A stretch of 48,645 bases of DNA from contig MFUU01000010.1 in assembly GCA_001785805.1 (NCBI GenBank), forward strand, positions 1,936 through 50,580, written 5' to 3'. Numbering within the stretch: position 1 is the stretch's first letter; each line of letters opens with the position of its first letter. The notes beneath the pieces were generated by a model, which had not been told where the DNA came from, did no database searches, and worked only from the letters and a program-made list of their open reading frames with translations. This DNA comes from Candidatus Nomurabacteria bacterium RIFCSPLOWO2_01_FULL_39_17 (GTDB lineage: Bacteria; Patescibacteriota; Minisyncoccia; Phycocordibacterales; UBA9973). Shown here in pieces: positions 1-10,011 of this stretch. Position numbers and translations under genes: made by a program.

Positions 1-2481
1 TATACATATACCCTAATTTGCAGCAATGCCAATGGTACCGGTTCTCCATCGAGCGCCATGGTAAATGTAACGGCTCAAGCTACCACTGGTCCAAACTTAA
101 TTGTTTCAGTGGCGCCCTCTCCAGCCTCGGCTACGGCTGGCGTCGCCCAAACATACAACGCAACTATTTTAAACAACGGCGATACTTCAACGGTAACTTC
201 CTTTAGCAACTTCTTCCAGACGGCTACCGCAAGTAATGGTGGGGGAACAATCACCGATCAAACTTCTGCTTCCACTACCGCTCTGGGTATTGGAGCCAGT
301 CGAGTGATTACTTCTTCCGCTATTAATTTCCCTTCAGCCGGCACTTACTCCATCAGACTTTGCGCTGACAAAACCAGTTCGGCTGATGTGACTGGAGTAA
401 TTGCCGAATCAAATGAAAATGATAACTGTAGCTCCCCTTGGCAATCGGTGACGGTAAATGCAGCTACTACTCCACTTACTTCTATTGGAGCTATTACTGG
501 CACAACTCAAGTGGGTCAGACATTAACAGCTGGCGCTCTGTCTCCAGCTGGGGCAACTGCCACCTATCAATGGCAAAATGCGACTACTTCCGGGGGCACA
601 TATTCTAATATTTCTGGAGCGACATCTAGTACTTACGTATTAACTAGTACTGAATTAAATAAATATATAAGGGTTGTAGCTACTGGTAATGGTAGTTATT
701 CTGGAACAGTTACAAGTGCCGTAAGGGGACCAGTGATTGGATTAATGTCCGGAACCCTTACCCCGGGCCCATCCACTTTTTGTACGATTGCCTCAGGTAG
801 TAGTAGTTGTACGATTGCTCTAACTTGGACCACGACTAATCCAATAGGTACTTCCGCTGTCACCAGTCCGACCGGCACACCAAGTCCTGGAAATTCTCTC
901 AACAATGGTACACAAACATTTACTGCTCCCTACAATTCTTCTGGTGTTAATTTCTTCCTCTACAATACTGGAATACAACTAGCACAAACTAATGTGGCTA
1001 CTATCTGTACCTCCGGCACCACCTGGAATGGGGTTCAATGTATAGATGCCGATGCTCCTGTAAATGGCGGATGGAGTAATAATTGGAGCGCTTGCAGTTT
1101 GTCATGCGGCGGCGGAACCCAGACCCGCACTTGCACCAATCCGGAGCCGGCCAATGGCGGAGCCGAATGTGTTGGTTCTTCCACTCAATCTTGCAATACC
1201 CAAGCTTGTATTACTAATCTTCCTGATTTGACGGCTGATAATCCCACACCGAACATAGCTACAGCCGGCACAGCTGTAACATTTTCCACAATTATTAGAA
1301 ATGTGGGGAATGTGGCTACCGGCCCTTCCGGTTCTAATTTTAGAAATTTCTTTCAGATATCAGCTACAGCGGGTGGAGGTGGTGAATATACTGATTTGTC
1401 TTCCAATTCTATGCCTAGGATAGTTGCTGGAGGACAGCGAACATATAATAAATCTTACACCTTTGTCTCTAATGGCACATACTCGGTGAGAGTGTGTGCG
1501 GATAAATCTGATTCTTCAGATACAGGGACTGTTACTGAATCGGATGCATTAAATAATTATGAGAACAACAACTGTAGTGGCTGGACGGATGTGGTTGTTG
1601 GTGGAGAAGCTGGTGTTCCTATTGACGGCGGATGGAGTAATAATTGGAGCGCTTGCAGTTTGTCATGCGGCGGCGGAACCCAGACCCGCACTTGCACTAA
1701 TCCAGAGCCGGCCAATGGCGGAGCCGAATGTGTTGGTTCAGGAATCCAGTCTTGCAACACACAATCCTGCCTTGCAGATCTGATAGCTGATAATCCAACC
1801 TTTGATTCACCTACAGGAAGTGTAGTTTTTGTCAATGTACCTATTACTCTTTCTTCCATGATTTACAATTGGGGATATTCTTCTACCAATATATCTTTTC
1901 CGAATTTCTTTCAAATATCAGTTACCCCAGACGGCGGTGGCGGATTTACCGATATTCCTTATACCGACACTTATCCCAACCCTATGCCGGCGCTTGCTTT
2001 TGGTTCTGGCGATGTGGTTACTACGTCTTATGCTTTTCCATCAGCTACCACGTATTCGGTTAGAGCTTGCGCAGACATGACTTTATATGCCAGTGGAGGC
2101 GTAATAACTGAATCTGATTCTAATAATAATTGTAGTGGCTGGGTAAACATAACAACCAATGCAATACCACCCTATGATCCCAATAATCCTAATCTCGGCA
2201 CCGTTCTTACTGCCGAACCGGCAAGTGTTCCCGAGGGACAAACTACCACTCTTACAATAACGACCTTAAATCTTACTGAGACTGTTGCGTGCTCTATTGA
2301 TGGAATTGGTCCGCTGACTATGACCCAGGTTGGCGGACAATACTGGACCGGCTCAACAGATAATTCAATAGGTACGGGTACTTATACGGCAACATGCGTT
2401 GGCGGTAGTGGTGGCTCCCAAACTTCCACAGCTCAAATTACAGTCTCAAATGTAAAAAAACCAATCTTTATAGAGCGCTAA
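1..2481 (+). CDS. Large secreted surface/adhesin-like protein, 5' end outside window; repeated CARDB-like beta-sandwich modules, an Ig-like YQW module and two thrombospondin type-1 repeats
   Basis: Frame 1 is open from nt 1 to the TAA at 2479-2481, so the ORF-track Met at 58 is internal. Three modules end in YS(I/V)R(L/V/A)CAD...ES(N/D)..NNCS(S/G)W. Two [24 protein letters not shown] segments. Thr/Ser/Gly/Asn-rich with no enzyme motifs. Confidence 0.8.
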   Translation, partial: YTYTLICSNANGTGSPSSAMVNVTAQATTGPNLIVSVAPSPASATAGVAQTYNATILNNGDTSTVTSFSNFFQTATASNGGGTITDQTSASTTALGIGASRVITSSAINFPSAGTYSIRLCADKTSSADVTGVIAESNENDNCSSPWQSVTVNAATTPLTSIGAITGTTQVGQTLTAGALSPAGATATYQWQNATTSGGTYSNISGATSSTYVLTSTELNKYIRVVATGNGSYSGTVTSAVRGPVIGLMSGTLTPGPSTFCTIASGSSSCTIALTWTTTNPIGTSAVTSPTGTPSPGNSLNNGTQTFTAPYNSSGVNFFLYNTGIQLAQTNVATICTSGTTWNGVQCIDADAPVNGGWSNNWSACSLSCGGGTQTRTCTNPEPANGGAECVGSSTQSCNTQACITNLPDLTADNPTPNIATAGTAVTFSTIIRNVGNVATGPSGSNFRNFFQISATAGGGGEYTDLSSNSMPRIVAGGQRTYNKSYTFVSNGTYSVRVCADKSDSSDTGTVTESDALNNYENNNCSGWTDVVVGGEAGVPIDGGWSNNWSACSLSCGGGTQTRTCTNPEPANGGAECVGSGIQSCNTQSCLADLIADNPTFDSPTGSVVFVNVPITLSSMIYNWGYSSTNISFPNFFQISVTPDGGGGFTDIPYTDTYPNPMPALAFGSGDVVTTSYAFPSATTYSVRACADMTLYASGGVITESDSNNNCSGWVNITTNAIPPYDPNNPNLGTVLTAEPASVPEGQTTTLTITTLNLTETVACSIDGIGPLTMTQVGGQYWTGSTDNSIGTGTYTATCVGGSGGSQTSTAQITVSNVKKPIFIER
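1066..1209 (+). repeat. Thrombospondin type-1 repeat (TSR) coding unit, copy 1
   Basis: Encodes [48 protein letters not shown] with six Cys in TSR spacing. Nt 1066-1178 are 111/113 identical to 1627-1739. Confidence 0.75.
1627..1770 (+). repeat. Thrombospondin type-1 repeat (TSR) coding unit, copy 2
   Basis: Encodes [48 protein letters not shown]. The only two differences from copy 1 in the first 113 nt are synonymous (ACC/ACT, CCG/CCA). Confidence 0.75.
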
Positions 2482-2511
2482 AATTTATATTTGTTTCTGC
2501 TCCTCGTTTGT

Positions 2512-2520
2512 TGCTATAAT
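2512..2520 (+). promoter_or_regulatory. Extended -10 box TGCTATAAT, 8 nt upstream of the pilB ATG (leaderless-type promoter)
   Basis: Exact TGnTATAAT. No Shine-Dalgarno in the 8-nt spacer AGTTAGAC. Confidence 0.45.
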
Positions 2521-2528
2521 AGTTAGAC

Positions 2529-4277
2529 ATGCAAATCAATGAAGAACAATTGAAGAAATTTATTTTGGATTCCAAACTGGTTTCCAAAACAGATCTGGAT
2601 AAAGCGAGCGCTGAAGCGATAGAAAAAAAACAAAAACTTGGAAACATTTTGCTCTCAAGTGGCAAGATATCAGAATCAGATTTAAGAAAAACAGAAGCCT
2701 TCGTTCTGGGCATTCCTTTTATTAACCTGGTTAATGAAAAGATTGGTTTTTCTGTCCTTTCTTTGATTCCCGAGCCGATTGCGCGCAATTCCAATATAAT
2801 TGCCTACAAAAAAAACGCCGATAATCTGGAAGTGGCAATGCTTGACGTAGAAGACATGCCGGTTATTGATTTTATAAAGAAACGTTCCGGGTTAAAAATT
2901 TTGCCTCGTCTCACCGATGTTAATTCTATAAAATCCGCGCTTATTCAATACAGGGAAAGTTTGCAGATTGAGTTTGGCAATATTATTCAAAAAGAATCGG
3001 CATCTCTAAAAGCTATTTCTAAAGATGAAGGTGAAAAATCAGAAGCCGAATTGAAAGAAATGGCCGAAGATTTGCCGGTGGTCAAAATTGTTGACTCGCT
3101 TATTTTTCACGCTATCCTGCAGAATGCATCGGACATTCATATTGAGCCGGGAGAAAAGGATCTAACCGTGCGATACAGAATAGACGGCATTCTTCATGAC
3201 GCAATGGTTCTGGAAAAAAAAGCTGCTGCCGGAATAACCGCCCGCATAAAAGTGCTGTCAAATTTAAAACTTGATGAAAAAAGATTGCCCCAAGACGGTA
3301 GATTCAAGATAGACCAGAACGGAGAAAAGGTTTCCTTCCGTGTTTCCACTCTGCCAACTTTCTATGGCGAGAAAACTGTTATAAGAATTTTAAAAGAAAA
3401 TGCCCACGGATTTTCGTTGGAGTCGCTCGGTTTCCACGGTGAGGGACTTGAGAGAATACATGATTCTTTGAAACAGAAGACAGGGATGGTGTTAGCGACT
3501 GGACCGACCGGTAGCGGAAAAACTACGACTCTCTATACCATGCTTGATATTTTAAATAAACCTGAGGTAAATATATCTACAGTTGAAGATCCGATTGAGT
3601 ACCAAATGCCCAGAGTTAATCAAACGCAAGTAAAACCCGAGATAGGGCTTACTTTTGCTAACGGTCTTCGCTCGCTTCTTCGCCAAGACCCGGACGTAGT
3701 GATGGTCGGAGAGATTCGCGATAAAGAAACAGCGGGACTTGCCATCAACGCTTCTCTTACCGGACATTTGGTGCTTTCTACAATTCATACCAATTCCGCT
3801 TCAGGAGCGATTCCGAGGTTGATAGATATGGGCGTGGAACCATTTTTAATAGTTTCAACTGTCAAGACAATAATTGCGCAAAGATTGGTGCGTAAATTGA
3901 TGGCCAGTAAAAAAAAGCACTTTCTATCGCCTGTGGAAATAAAAAATTTAGGCAAACTTGTGGATTTAGACAGAATGCTTGTCATGCTAAGGGAAGAAAA
4001 AATTGTAGGAGCCAAAGACACTTGGGACAAAATTTCTTTTTATAAGGCAGTAAAAAATGCCGAATCAGAAGACGGATACGCAAGCCGTGTCGGTATTCAT
4101 GAAGTTCTAAAAGTTACTCCCACTATAAGGGAATTAATCTTAAAAGGCAGTTCTCAGGATGATATTGAAGTGCAGGCAAAAAAAGAAGGGATGATGACCA
4201 TGCTTGAGGATGGAGTTTTTCAAGCGGTGTTGGGGCAAACAACCCTGGAAGAAATATTCCGTGTTGTTTCCGAGTAA
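2529..4277 (+). CDS. pilB: Type IV pilus assembly ATPase PilB (GspE family)
   Basis: 582 aa. Walker A GPTGSGKTTTLY, Asp box VEDPIEY, His box GHLVLSTIHTN, N-terminal T2SSE_N-like region. Confidence 0.9.
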   Translation: MQINEEQLKKFILDSKLVSKTDLDKASAEAIEKKQKLGNILLSSGKISESDLRKTEAFVLGIPFINLVNEKIGFSVLSLIPEPIARNSNIIAYKKNADNLEVAMLDVEDMPVIDFIKKRSGLKILPRLTDVNSIKSALIQYRESLQIEFGNIIQKESASLKAISKDEGEKSEAELKEMAEDLPVVKIVDSLIFHAILQNASDIHIEPGEKDLTVRYRIDGILHDAMVLEKKAAAGITARIKVLSNLKLDEKRLPQDGRFKIDQNGEKVSFRVSTLPTFYGEKTVIRILKENAHGFSLESLGFHGEGLERIHDSLKQKTGMVLATGPTGSGKTTTLYTMLDILNKPEVNISTVEDPIEYQMPRVNQTQVKPEIGLTFANGLRSLLRQDPDVVMVGEIRDKETAGLAINASLTGHLVLSTIHTNSASGAIPRLIDMGVEPFLIVSTVKTIIAQRLVRKLMASKKKHFLSPVEIKNLGKLVDLDRMLVMLREEKIVGAKDTWDKISFYKAVKNAESEDGYASRVGIHEVLKVTPTIRELILKGSSQDDIEVQAKKEGMMTMLEDGVFQAVLGQTTLEEIFRVVSE

Positions 4278-4353
4278 ATCCGCCAAAATTTTTTACAGCA
4301 CTAAGATAAAATTATAAGTATACAATATAGAAAAATTTAGGAGAATAAATAAG

Positions 4354-5574
4354 ATGCTTTTTTCTTATAAAGCAAAATCAAAAAATGGCGAATTAGTGGA
4401 CGGTATTTTAGAGTCTGCGGATCGTTTTGCTCTTTCTCGTGAACTGAGATCTCGCGAACTCACCCCCGTTTCTATTGCAGAGAAAAATAGCAGTTATTCC
4501 TTTAATCTAATGGCTTTCCTGAATAATTTTTTCAGCAGAGTCAGTATTGTCGAATTGATTCTTTTCACCAAGAATTTAAGCGGAATGCTTCGAGCCGGGC
4601 TTTCACTTTCGCGGGCGTTATCGGTTCTGGAGAAACAAACGAAAAAACAAAACTTCAATAAAATTTTAGTCGCCCTTTCCCAGGAAGTTAATGCTGGAGG
4701 AACATTATCCTCGGGTTTTGCGAAATTTCCAAATGTTTTTTCCAAACTTTTCGTATCCATGACCAAAGCCGGAGAAGAATCTGGCAATCTCACCGGCGCT
4801 ATTTCTGAAGTCGGGGCAAATTTAGAAAAAGCGCATTCTTTGACCAAAAAAGTGCGTGGTGCGCTCATCTACCCCGGAGTTATTCTATCGGCTATGATTG
4901 TCATAGGCATACTGATGTTTGCTTTCGTTGTGCCGACTCTAGCCAAAACCTTTAAAGAACTTGATGTTGCATTGCCATTTTCTACCAGAATTATTGTTTG
5001 GTTAGGTAATTTTTTCTCCAATAATTTAATTTTGACTTTTATAATTTTGATCTTATTGGTAATTACTATAATCAAACTTTCCCACTCTAAATTTATGGCA
5101 AAATATATTGATTTTTTAACTATCAGACTGCCGATAATTGGCGGCTTAACGAAAGAATTAAATACTGCCCGCACTGCCCGCACCATGTCCTCACTCTTAT
5201 TGTCTGGGGTTTCCATAACCCGGGCGGTTGAAATAACAGAAGATGTTGTGCAGAATATTTATTTTAAAGAAGTTTTAAATAAAGTAAAAATCGCAATAGA
5301 AAAAGGTTCCCCTTTTTCTGCCGTATTTGAAGAAAATTCTAATCTTTATCCCATAATGATGTCTGAGATGACAGAAGTTGGAGAAGAAACGGGGAAGCTC
5401 TCTGATATGTTGCTTCAAATTGCATTATTTTATGAGGAAGAGATAGAAAACAAAACCAAGAACCTTTCTACTGTTATTGAACCCATATTAATGATAATTA
5501 TCGGCGCCGGGGTAGGGTTTTTTGCTATTTCTATGATTTCACCGCTTTATTCAGTTTTAGACAACATAAAATGA
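4354..5574 (+). CDS. pilC: Type IV pilus platform protein PilC (GspF family)
   Basis: 406 aa with duplicated T2SS-F type domains and hydrophobic segments. Directly follows pilB. AGGAG lies 10 nt upstream of the ATG. Confidence 0.88.
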   Translation: MLFSYKAKSKNGELVDGILESADRFALSRELRSRELTPVSIAEKNSSYSFNLMAFLNNFFSRVSIVELILFTKNLSGMLRAGLSLSRALSVLEKQTKKQNFNKILVALSQEVNAGGTLSSGFAKFPNVFSKLFVSMTKAGEESGNLTGAISEVGANLEKAHSLTKKVRGALIYPGVILSAMIVIGILMFAFVVPTLAKTFKELDVALPFSTRIIVWLGNFFSNNLILTFIILILLVITIIKLSHSKFMAKYIDFLTIRLPIIGGLTKELNTARTARTMSSLLLSGVSITRAVEITEDVVQNIYFKEVLNKVKIAIEKGSPFSAVFEENSNLYPIMMSEMTEVGEETGKLSDMLLQIALFYEEEIENKTKNLSTVIEPILMIIIGAGVGFFAISMISPLYSVLDNIK

Positions 5575-6029
5575 TGCTTAATTTTAAAAAAGGATTTACC
5601 ATCCTCGAAACATTTATTGTTTTATCCATAACGACACTTCTGATTGTAATTGTTTTACCTTCTTTCCAGGCGATGAGAAATAATCAAGTTTTAAAAGCGA
5701 CGGCATCCGAAGTTGTTTCGGCGCTTGATGAAGCCAGATCGCAATCTCTTTCTTCAGTAGATTCTTCAGAATACGGGATACATTTTGAATCAGATGAAAT
5801 AATTATATTTAAGGGTACAACTTTCTCATCTCTCGACCCCGATAATGAGAATATTTCTATTACTTCTCCGGCATCCATTTCCAGTATAAATTTGACAGGC
5901 GGGGCAGTGGATGTTTATTTTGACAGACTGTCCGGCGCGCCGAATAAAACAGGAACAATTACTATATCTATTTCTCATTTTTCAAAAATTATTACCATAT
6001 CTGCTACTGGGGCAGTTAGCATGAATTAG
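5571..6029 (+). CDS. Prepilin-type N-terminal cleavage/methylation domain protein (pilin or pseudopilin)
   Basis: 152 aa. Class III signal KKG/FTILE (Gly-1, Glu+5) followed by a hydrophobic helix. ATGA overlap with the pilC stop. Confidence 0.8.
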   Translation: MMLNFKKGFTILETFIVLSITTLLIVIVLPSFQAMRNNQVLKATASEVVSALDEARSQSLSSVDSSEYGIHFESDEIIIFKGTTFSSLDPDNENISITSPASISSINLTGGAVDVYFDRLSGAPNKTGTITISISHFSKIITISATGAVSMN

Positions 6030-6073
6030 TTTTTTATATTAAACTTTAAGAGTGTATCTAATGGAATTATTAT

Positions 6074-6562
6074 ATGAAGATTAATCGCGATTTAAAAAGT
6101 TTTTTTCAGCAAGGCTCTCTAATGGTTGAAGTAATTGTTGTTGTTTCTATTGTTACTGTTTCAATTCTAGTGGCTTTAACTGTTGCTCAAAAATCTATTT
6201 ATCTAGCCAGACAATCTCTGCACCATTCTCAATCCGCTTTTCTCTTAGAGGAAGGAGCGGAAGCTGTTAAAGTTATACGCGACAATGCTTGGTCTGGGAT
6301 ATCTAGTTTGACTCTCTCCACTGATTATTATTTGTCTTTTTCTGGTGACACTTGGACTCTTTCTACTACCCCCTCGCAGGTTGGCGCTTTTACCAGAAGA
6401 ATAGTTTTTTCTTCCGCTTATAGAGATGCAAATCAAGACCTTGCTCCTTCCGGCACGCTAGATGATCAGACCAGACTTGTAACGGTAACTGTATCTTGGA
6501 CTGAAGGGGCACAAACTCTCTCTAAAACTTTGCAATTTTATTTAACTGACCTTTTTTCATAA
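6074..6562 (+). CDS. Prepilin-type pseudopilin
   Basis: 162 aa. QQG/SLMVE with Glu+5 and hydrophobic helix VIVVVSIVTVSILVAL. Confidence 0.7.
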   Translation: MKINRDLKSFFQQGSLMVEVIVVVSIVTVSILVALTVAQKSIYLARQSLHHSQSAFLLEEGAEAVKVIRDNAWSGISSLTLSTDYYLSFSGDTWTLSTTPSQVGAFTRRIVFSSAYRDANQDLAPSGTLDDQTRLVTVTVSWTEGAQTLSKTLQFYLTDLFS

Positions 6563-6565
6563 TTC

Positions 6566-7072
6566 ATGAAAAATCAAATACAAAAAGTAAAAGGAGGATA
6601 TACACTAGTTGAGATACTTTTTTACATCGCTCTTTTCTCGGTTCTTACTTTGGCGATAATTAATTCTTTTGTTACCATGACCAAAGCTTTCAAAGAAATA
6701 TCCATACAATCGGATCTAGTTCAAAGTTCTTTGGCTATTGAAAGAATGTCACGAGAAATTCGGCAAGCATATGGGATAAATTCCATTACTACAAGCGACC
6801 TTAAACTTAACACCAAAGACGAACTGGATAATAATGAAACGGTAAGATTTTTACTGTCGGGTTCCGATATACAACTTTTTGAAAATGATGTTCTTACAGG
6901 CAACTTAAACACCCCCAATATTCAAGTGGTTAATTTGTCTTTTACTCAAATTACAACCGTGAATGGAAATGCCATAAAAATAAGTCTATCAGTAAAAAGT
7001 GGCAGAGATATGACAAATCGAGTTGAAAACTTTTACAATACAGTTTTGTTGCGGGGAGATTATGGTAGTTAA
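6566..7072 (+). CDS. Prepilin-type pseudopilin
   Basis: 168 aa. KGG/YTLVE with Glu+5 and hydrophobic helix ILFYIALFSVLTLAII. Confidence 0.75.
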   Translation: MKNQIQKVKGGYTLVEILFYIALFSVLTLAIINSFVTMTKAFKEISIQSDLVQSSLAIERMSREIRQAYGINSITTSDLKLNTKDELDNNETVRFLLSGSDIQLFENDVLTGNLNTPNIQVVNLSFTQITTVNGNAIKISLSVKSGRDMTNRVENFYNTVLLRGDYGS

Positions 7073-7083
7073 TTTATTTACCA

Positions 7084-8340
7084 ATGAATAAATTTAAAAA
7101 AATTAAAAAGAACAGGGGGCAAGCGATGATTATATCGGTAGTATTTTTCCTTTTTATTTCACTGGCGATAATCTCGGGGCTGGTTTCGCCTTCAGTGCGT
7201 GAATTTAAAATAGCCAACGATTTACTAAAATCCAGCCAGAGTTTTTTCCTCTCCGAATCGGCCATTGAAGATTCATATTTTCGCTTGAAAAACGCTAAAA
7301 CCATAGGATCCACAAATACTGTTACACTGGGAGGATACTCGGCCACAGCTACAATAACGGATTCCGGCTATAACGAGAAAACTGTTTCTTCATTGGGTGA
7401 TGTTTCATCGAGGCAGAGAAAAAATCAACTTGTATTAAGCACTGACACTAGAGTTTCGTTTAATTACGGCATCCAATCTGGCGTGGGGGGATTTGTTATT
7501 GGCAACGCAACAGTTCACGGTAATGTATATTCTAATGGAACCATTCTTGGATCCAATGGGGCTTCTATTACCGGATCCGCTTTTTCCGCCGGAGCTTCTG
7601 GCCTTATCGATAATATAGATGTGGGAGAAGATGGCGTAGGCGATGCCAAAGCTCACACAGTGCAAAATTCTACCATAGAAGGCAGCCTTTATTGTCAAAT
7701 TGGAGCAAGTAATAACAAGTCTTGCGATACATCACAGGTCGATCCGGATATGGTTGGTATGCCTCTTACCCAAGCAATGACAGATCAATGGAAAGCTGAT
7801 GCAGAATTAGGAGGAATCCATATTGGCAATTTAACTATTTCTTCACCGACTTCATTGGGTCCAAGAAAAATTACCGGTAATTTGGCCATAAATGATGATG
7901 TCACTATAACCGGAACTATTTATGTGGTGGGTAATATCACCACAGATAATGGAGCCGAAATTTCTTTGCATGGTTCTTATGGCGCTACAGGCGGCATTAT
8001 TATTGCCGATGGGCGGGTAAGGCTGAATAACCTTGTTAAATTTTACGGTTCTGGAAGCGAAGGATCTTACATATTACTCACAACAACCAGCTTTTGCCCT
8101 ACTGACTGTTCTGGAATAAATGCTCTTGAGATTTTAAATAATGTTGGTGCCATACTTGTAAGCGCCCAGAACGGCACAGTTCATCTAAATAATAATGTTG
8201 AATTAAATGAAGTAGTGGGGAATAAAATTATTATAGACAACGGCGCAAAAGTGACCTATATTTCCGGATTGGCAAATGCAGCTTTTACTTCTGGTCCTGC
8301 CGGGGGCTGGAATATTAAAAGTTGGAAAGAAATTAAATAA
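7084..8340 (+). CDS. PilX/GspK-like minor pilin-associated protein with Gly/Asn-rich beta-helix-like C-terminal region
   Basis: 418 aa. N-terminal RG/QAMIISVVFFLFISLAII helix without Glu+5. Repeats such as GNATVHGNVYSNGTILGSNGASITGSAFSAG. Last gene of the pilus cluster. Confidence 0.55.
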   Translation: MNKFKKIKKNRGQAMIISVVFFLFISLAIISGLVSPSVREFKIANDLLKSSQSFFLSESAIEDSYFRLKNAKTIGSTNTVTLGGYSATATITDSGYNEKTVSSLGDVSSRQRKNQLVLSTDTRVSFNYGIQSGVGGFVIGNATVHGNVYSNGTILGSNGASITGSAFSAGASGLIDNIDVGEDGVGDAKAHTVQNSTIEGSLYCQIGASNNKSCDTSQVDPDMVGMPLTQAMTDQWKADAELGGIHIGNLTISSPTSLGPRKITGNLAINDDVTITGTIYVVGNITTDNGAEISLHGSYGATGGIIIADGRVRLNNLVKFYGSGSEGSYILLTTTSFCPTDCSGINALEILNNVGAILVSAQNGTVHLNNNVELNEVVGNKIIIDNGAKVTYISGLANAAFTSGPAGGWNIKSWKEIK

Positions 8341-8344
8341 ATAT

Positions 8345-9106
8345 ATGAAGAAAATTATTATAGCTAATTGGAAAATGAATCCGTCTTCTCCAAAAGAAGC
8401 GGGACAATTATTCTCAAACACTGTTAAATTAATTTCCGGTGTTAAAAAAACTGAAGTTGTAATTTGTGCGCCCTATGTTTATTTAAGCGGGTTGAAAAAG
8501 CTATCTTCCAAGATTTCTTTAGGCGGACAAAATATTTTTAAAGTGGAAGAGGGCGCTTATACGGGAGAAATATCGGCTGATATGCTCTATAATATAGGAG
8601 TCCAGTATGTCATTTTAGGTCATTCTGAGCGACGTGCCTTGGGTGAGAATAATCTGAATGTAAATAAAAAGATAAAAATAGCACTCAGAGCTGGACTTAC
8701 GCCCATACTTTGCGTAGGAGAGGACAAAAGAGATGAAAATCACGGATATTTTAATTTCGTTAAGAACCAACTGGAAGAATGTCTGAATGGAGTTCAAAAA
8801 GATTCTTTGTCTAAGATAATTATTGCTTATGAACCAGTCTGGGCTATTTCCAGCACTCTCAATCGTCGGGATGCCAATGCGAATGATTCTCGAGAAATGG
8901 CTATCTTTATTCGTAAAACTATTTCTGACAAATTAAATAATCAAAATAAAATGCCGAGAATAATTTATGGCGGTTCAGTTAATGAACGAGACGCCGAAGA
9001 TTTCATAAAAAATGGAGGCGTAGATGGATTATTGGTCGGCCGAGCGAGCTTAAACGCCAAGAAGTTCTCCTCGATTGTAAAAATATGCGAAGCATCAGAG
9101 AGATAA
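8345..9106 (+). CDS. tpiA: Triosephosphate isomerase
   Basis: MKKIIIANWKMN start, GHSERR motif, AYEPVWAI, YGGSV. Start placed at ATG 8345 rather than the upstream ORF-track Met, which overlaps the previous gene. Confidence 0.9.
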   Translation: MKKIIIANWKMNPSSPKEAGQLFSNTVKLISGVKKTEVVICAPYVYLSGLKKLSSKISLGGQNIFKVEEGAYTGEISADMLYNIGVQYVILGHSERRALGENNLNVNKKIKIALRAGLTPILCVGEDKRDENHGYFNFVKNQLEECLNGVQKDSLSKIIIAYEPVWAISSTLNRRDANANDSREMAIFIRKTISDKLNNQNKMPRIIYGGSVNERDAEDFIKNGGVDGLLVGRASLNAKKFSSIVKICEASER

Positions 9107-10011
9107 AAAATTTAAATGGAAAAACGGTGCTCCTCCGAGTAGACTGGAATGTTCCAATTGAAAACGGTCGGGTGCTAGATGATTTTCGCATCAAGCGTTC
9201 TATGCCGACCATAGAATATCTCCAAAATGCTGGCGCTAAAGTTATCATTGCGACGCATCTTGAGCCGGAAGAAATATCTACCGAAATTTTACATGACTTC
9301 ATACCAAAAGGCTCTGAAATACTTGAGAATCTAAGAAAAGATCCGGGAGAAAAAAATAATTCTCCCGAATTTGCTAAAAGTTTGGCTAGTCGGGCGGATA
9401 TGTATGTCAACGAAGCATTTTCCGCTTCTCATCGTTCACATGCTTCAATAATCGGTGTGCCCAAGCTCCTGCCGAGTTTTGCCGGACTTGAGTTTTTAAG
9501 TGAAGTTGAAAATCTATCCAAAGCTTTCAATCCGCCACACCCATTTTTACTCATCTTGGGCGGAGCAAAGTTTGAAACCAAACTGCCGCTGGTGGAAAAG
9601 TTTCTTCAAATTGCCGACAGTATTCATATTGCCGGACTCAATGCCGCAGCCGCTTTGAAGATGAAAATTTCAGAGAATAGTAAAGTTTCTTTACCGCTTG
9701 GGGATATTACCGCGCTCGATATTGACGAGGCAAATCTCAATTTACTGCGGACCAAGATAAATGATGCCAAGTTCATAATCTGGAACGGTCCGCTTGGAAA
9801 ATATGAGGATGGTTACAAGGAGGGTACGAATAAACTCGCTCAAATCCTCGCGGAAAGTGGCAAGGAAGTAATAGTGGGCGGCGCCGATACGCTAGCGGTG
9901 ATCAAAGAACTTAATCTTTACGATAAATTCAATTTTGTTTCAACCGGCGGGGGAGCGATGCTTGAGTTTCTAGCCAAGGGGACTCTACCCGGCATTAAAG
10001 CGCTGAACTAA
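9085..10011 (+). CDS. pgk: Phosphoglycerate kinase, unusually short (308 aa)
   Basis: LLRVDWNVP, NEAFSASHRSHAS, GGAKFETK, WNGPLG, GGAD and STGGGAMLEFL motifs are present. Overlaps the tpiA 3' end by 22 nt. Confidence 0.85.
   Translation: MRSIREIKNLNGKTVLLRVDWNVPIENGRVLDDFRIKRSMPTIEYLQNAGAKVIIATHLEPEEISTEILHDFIPKGSEILENLRKDPGEKNNSPEFAKSLASRADMYVNEAFSASHRSHASIIGVPKLLPSFAGLEFLSEVENLSKAFNPPHPFLLILGGAKFETKLPLVEKFLQIADSIHIAGLNAAAALKMKISENSKVSLPLGDITALDIDEANLNLLRTKINDAKFIIWNGPLGKYEDGYKEGTNKLAQILAESGKEVIVGGADTLAVIKELNLYDKFNFVSTGGGAMLEFLAKGTLPGIKALN

Noticed and set aside
1066-1739. Diversity-generating retroelement (template/variable repeat) hypothesis for the near-identical repeat pairs here and at 47833-48645
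   Set aside because: The differences between copies are few and not restricted to adenine positions (C/T, G/A, G/T changes). No reverse transcriptase gene is in the window.
8276-8344. N-terminal extensions and alternative starts in the ORF track (tpiA 8276, HIT 10459, Nudix 17853, recO 24903 TTG, AI-2E 30045 GTG, metG 31096, efp 35360 TTG, 45982 TTG)
   Set aside because: The extensions overlap upstream genes, repeats or palindromes, and the conserved protein N-termini begin at the downstream ATGs. The shorter coordinates were used instead.
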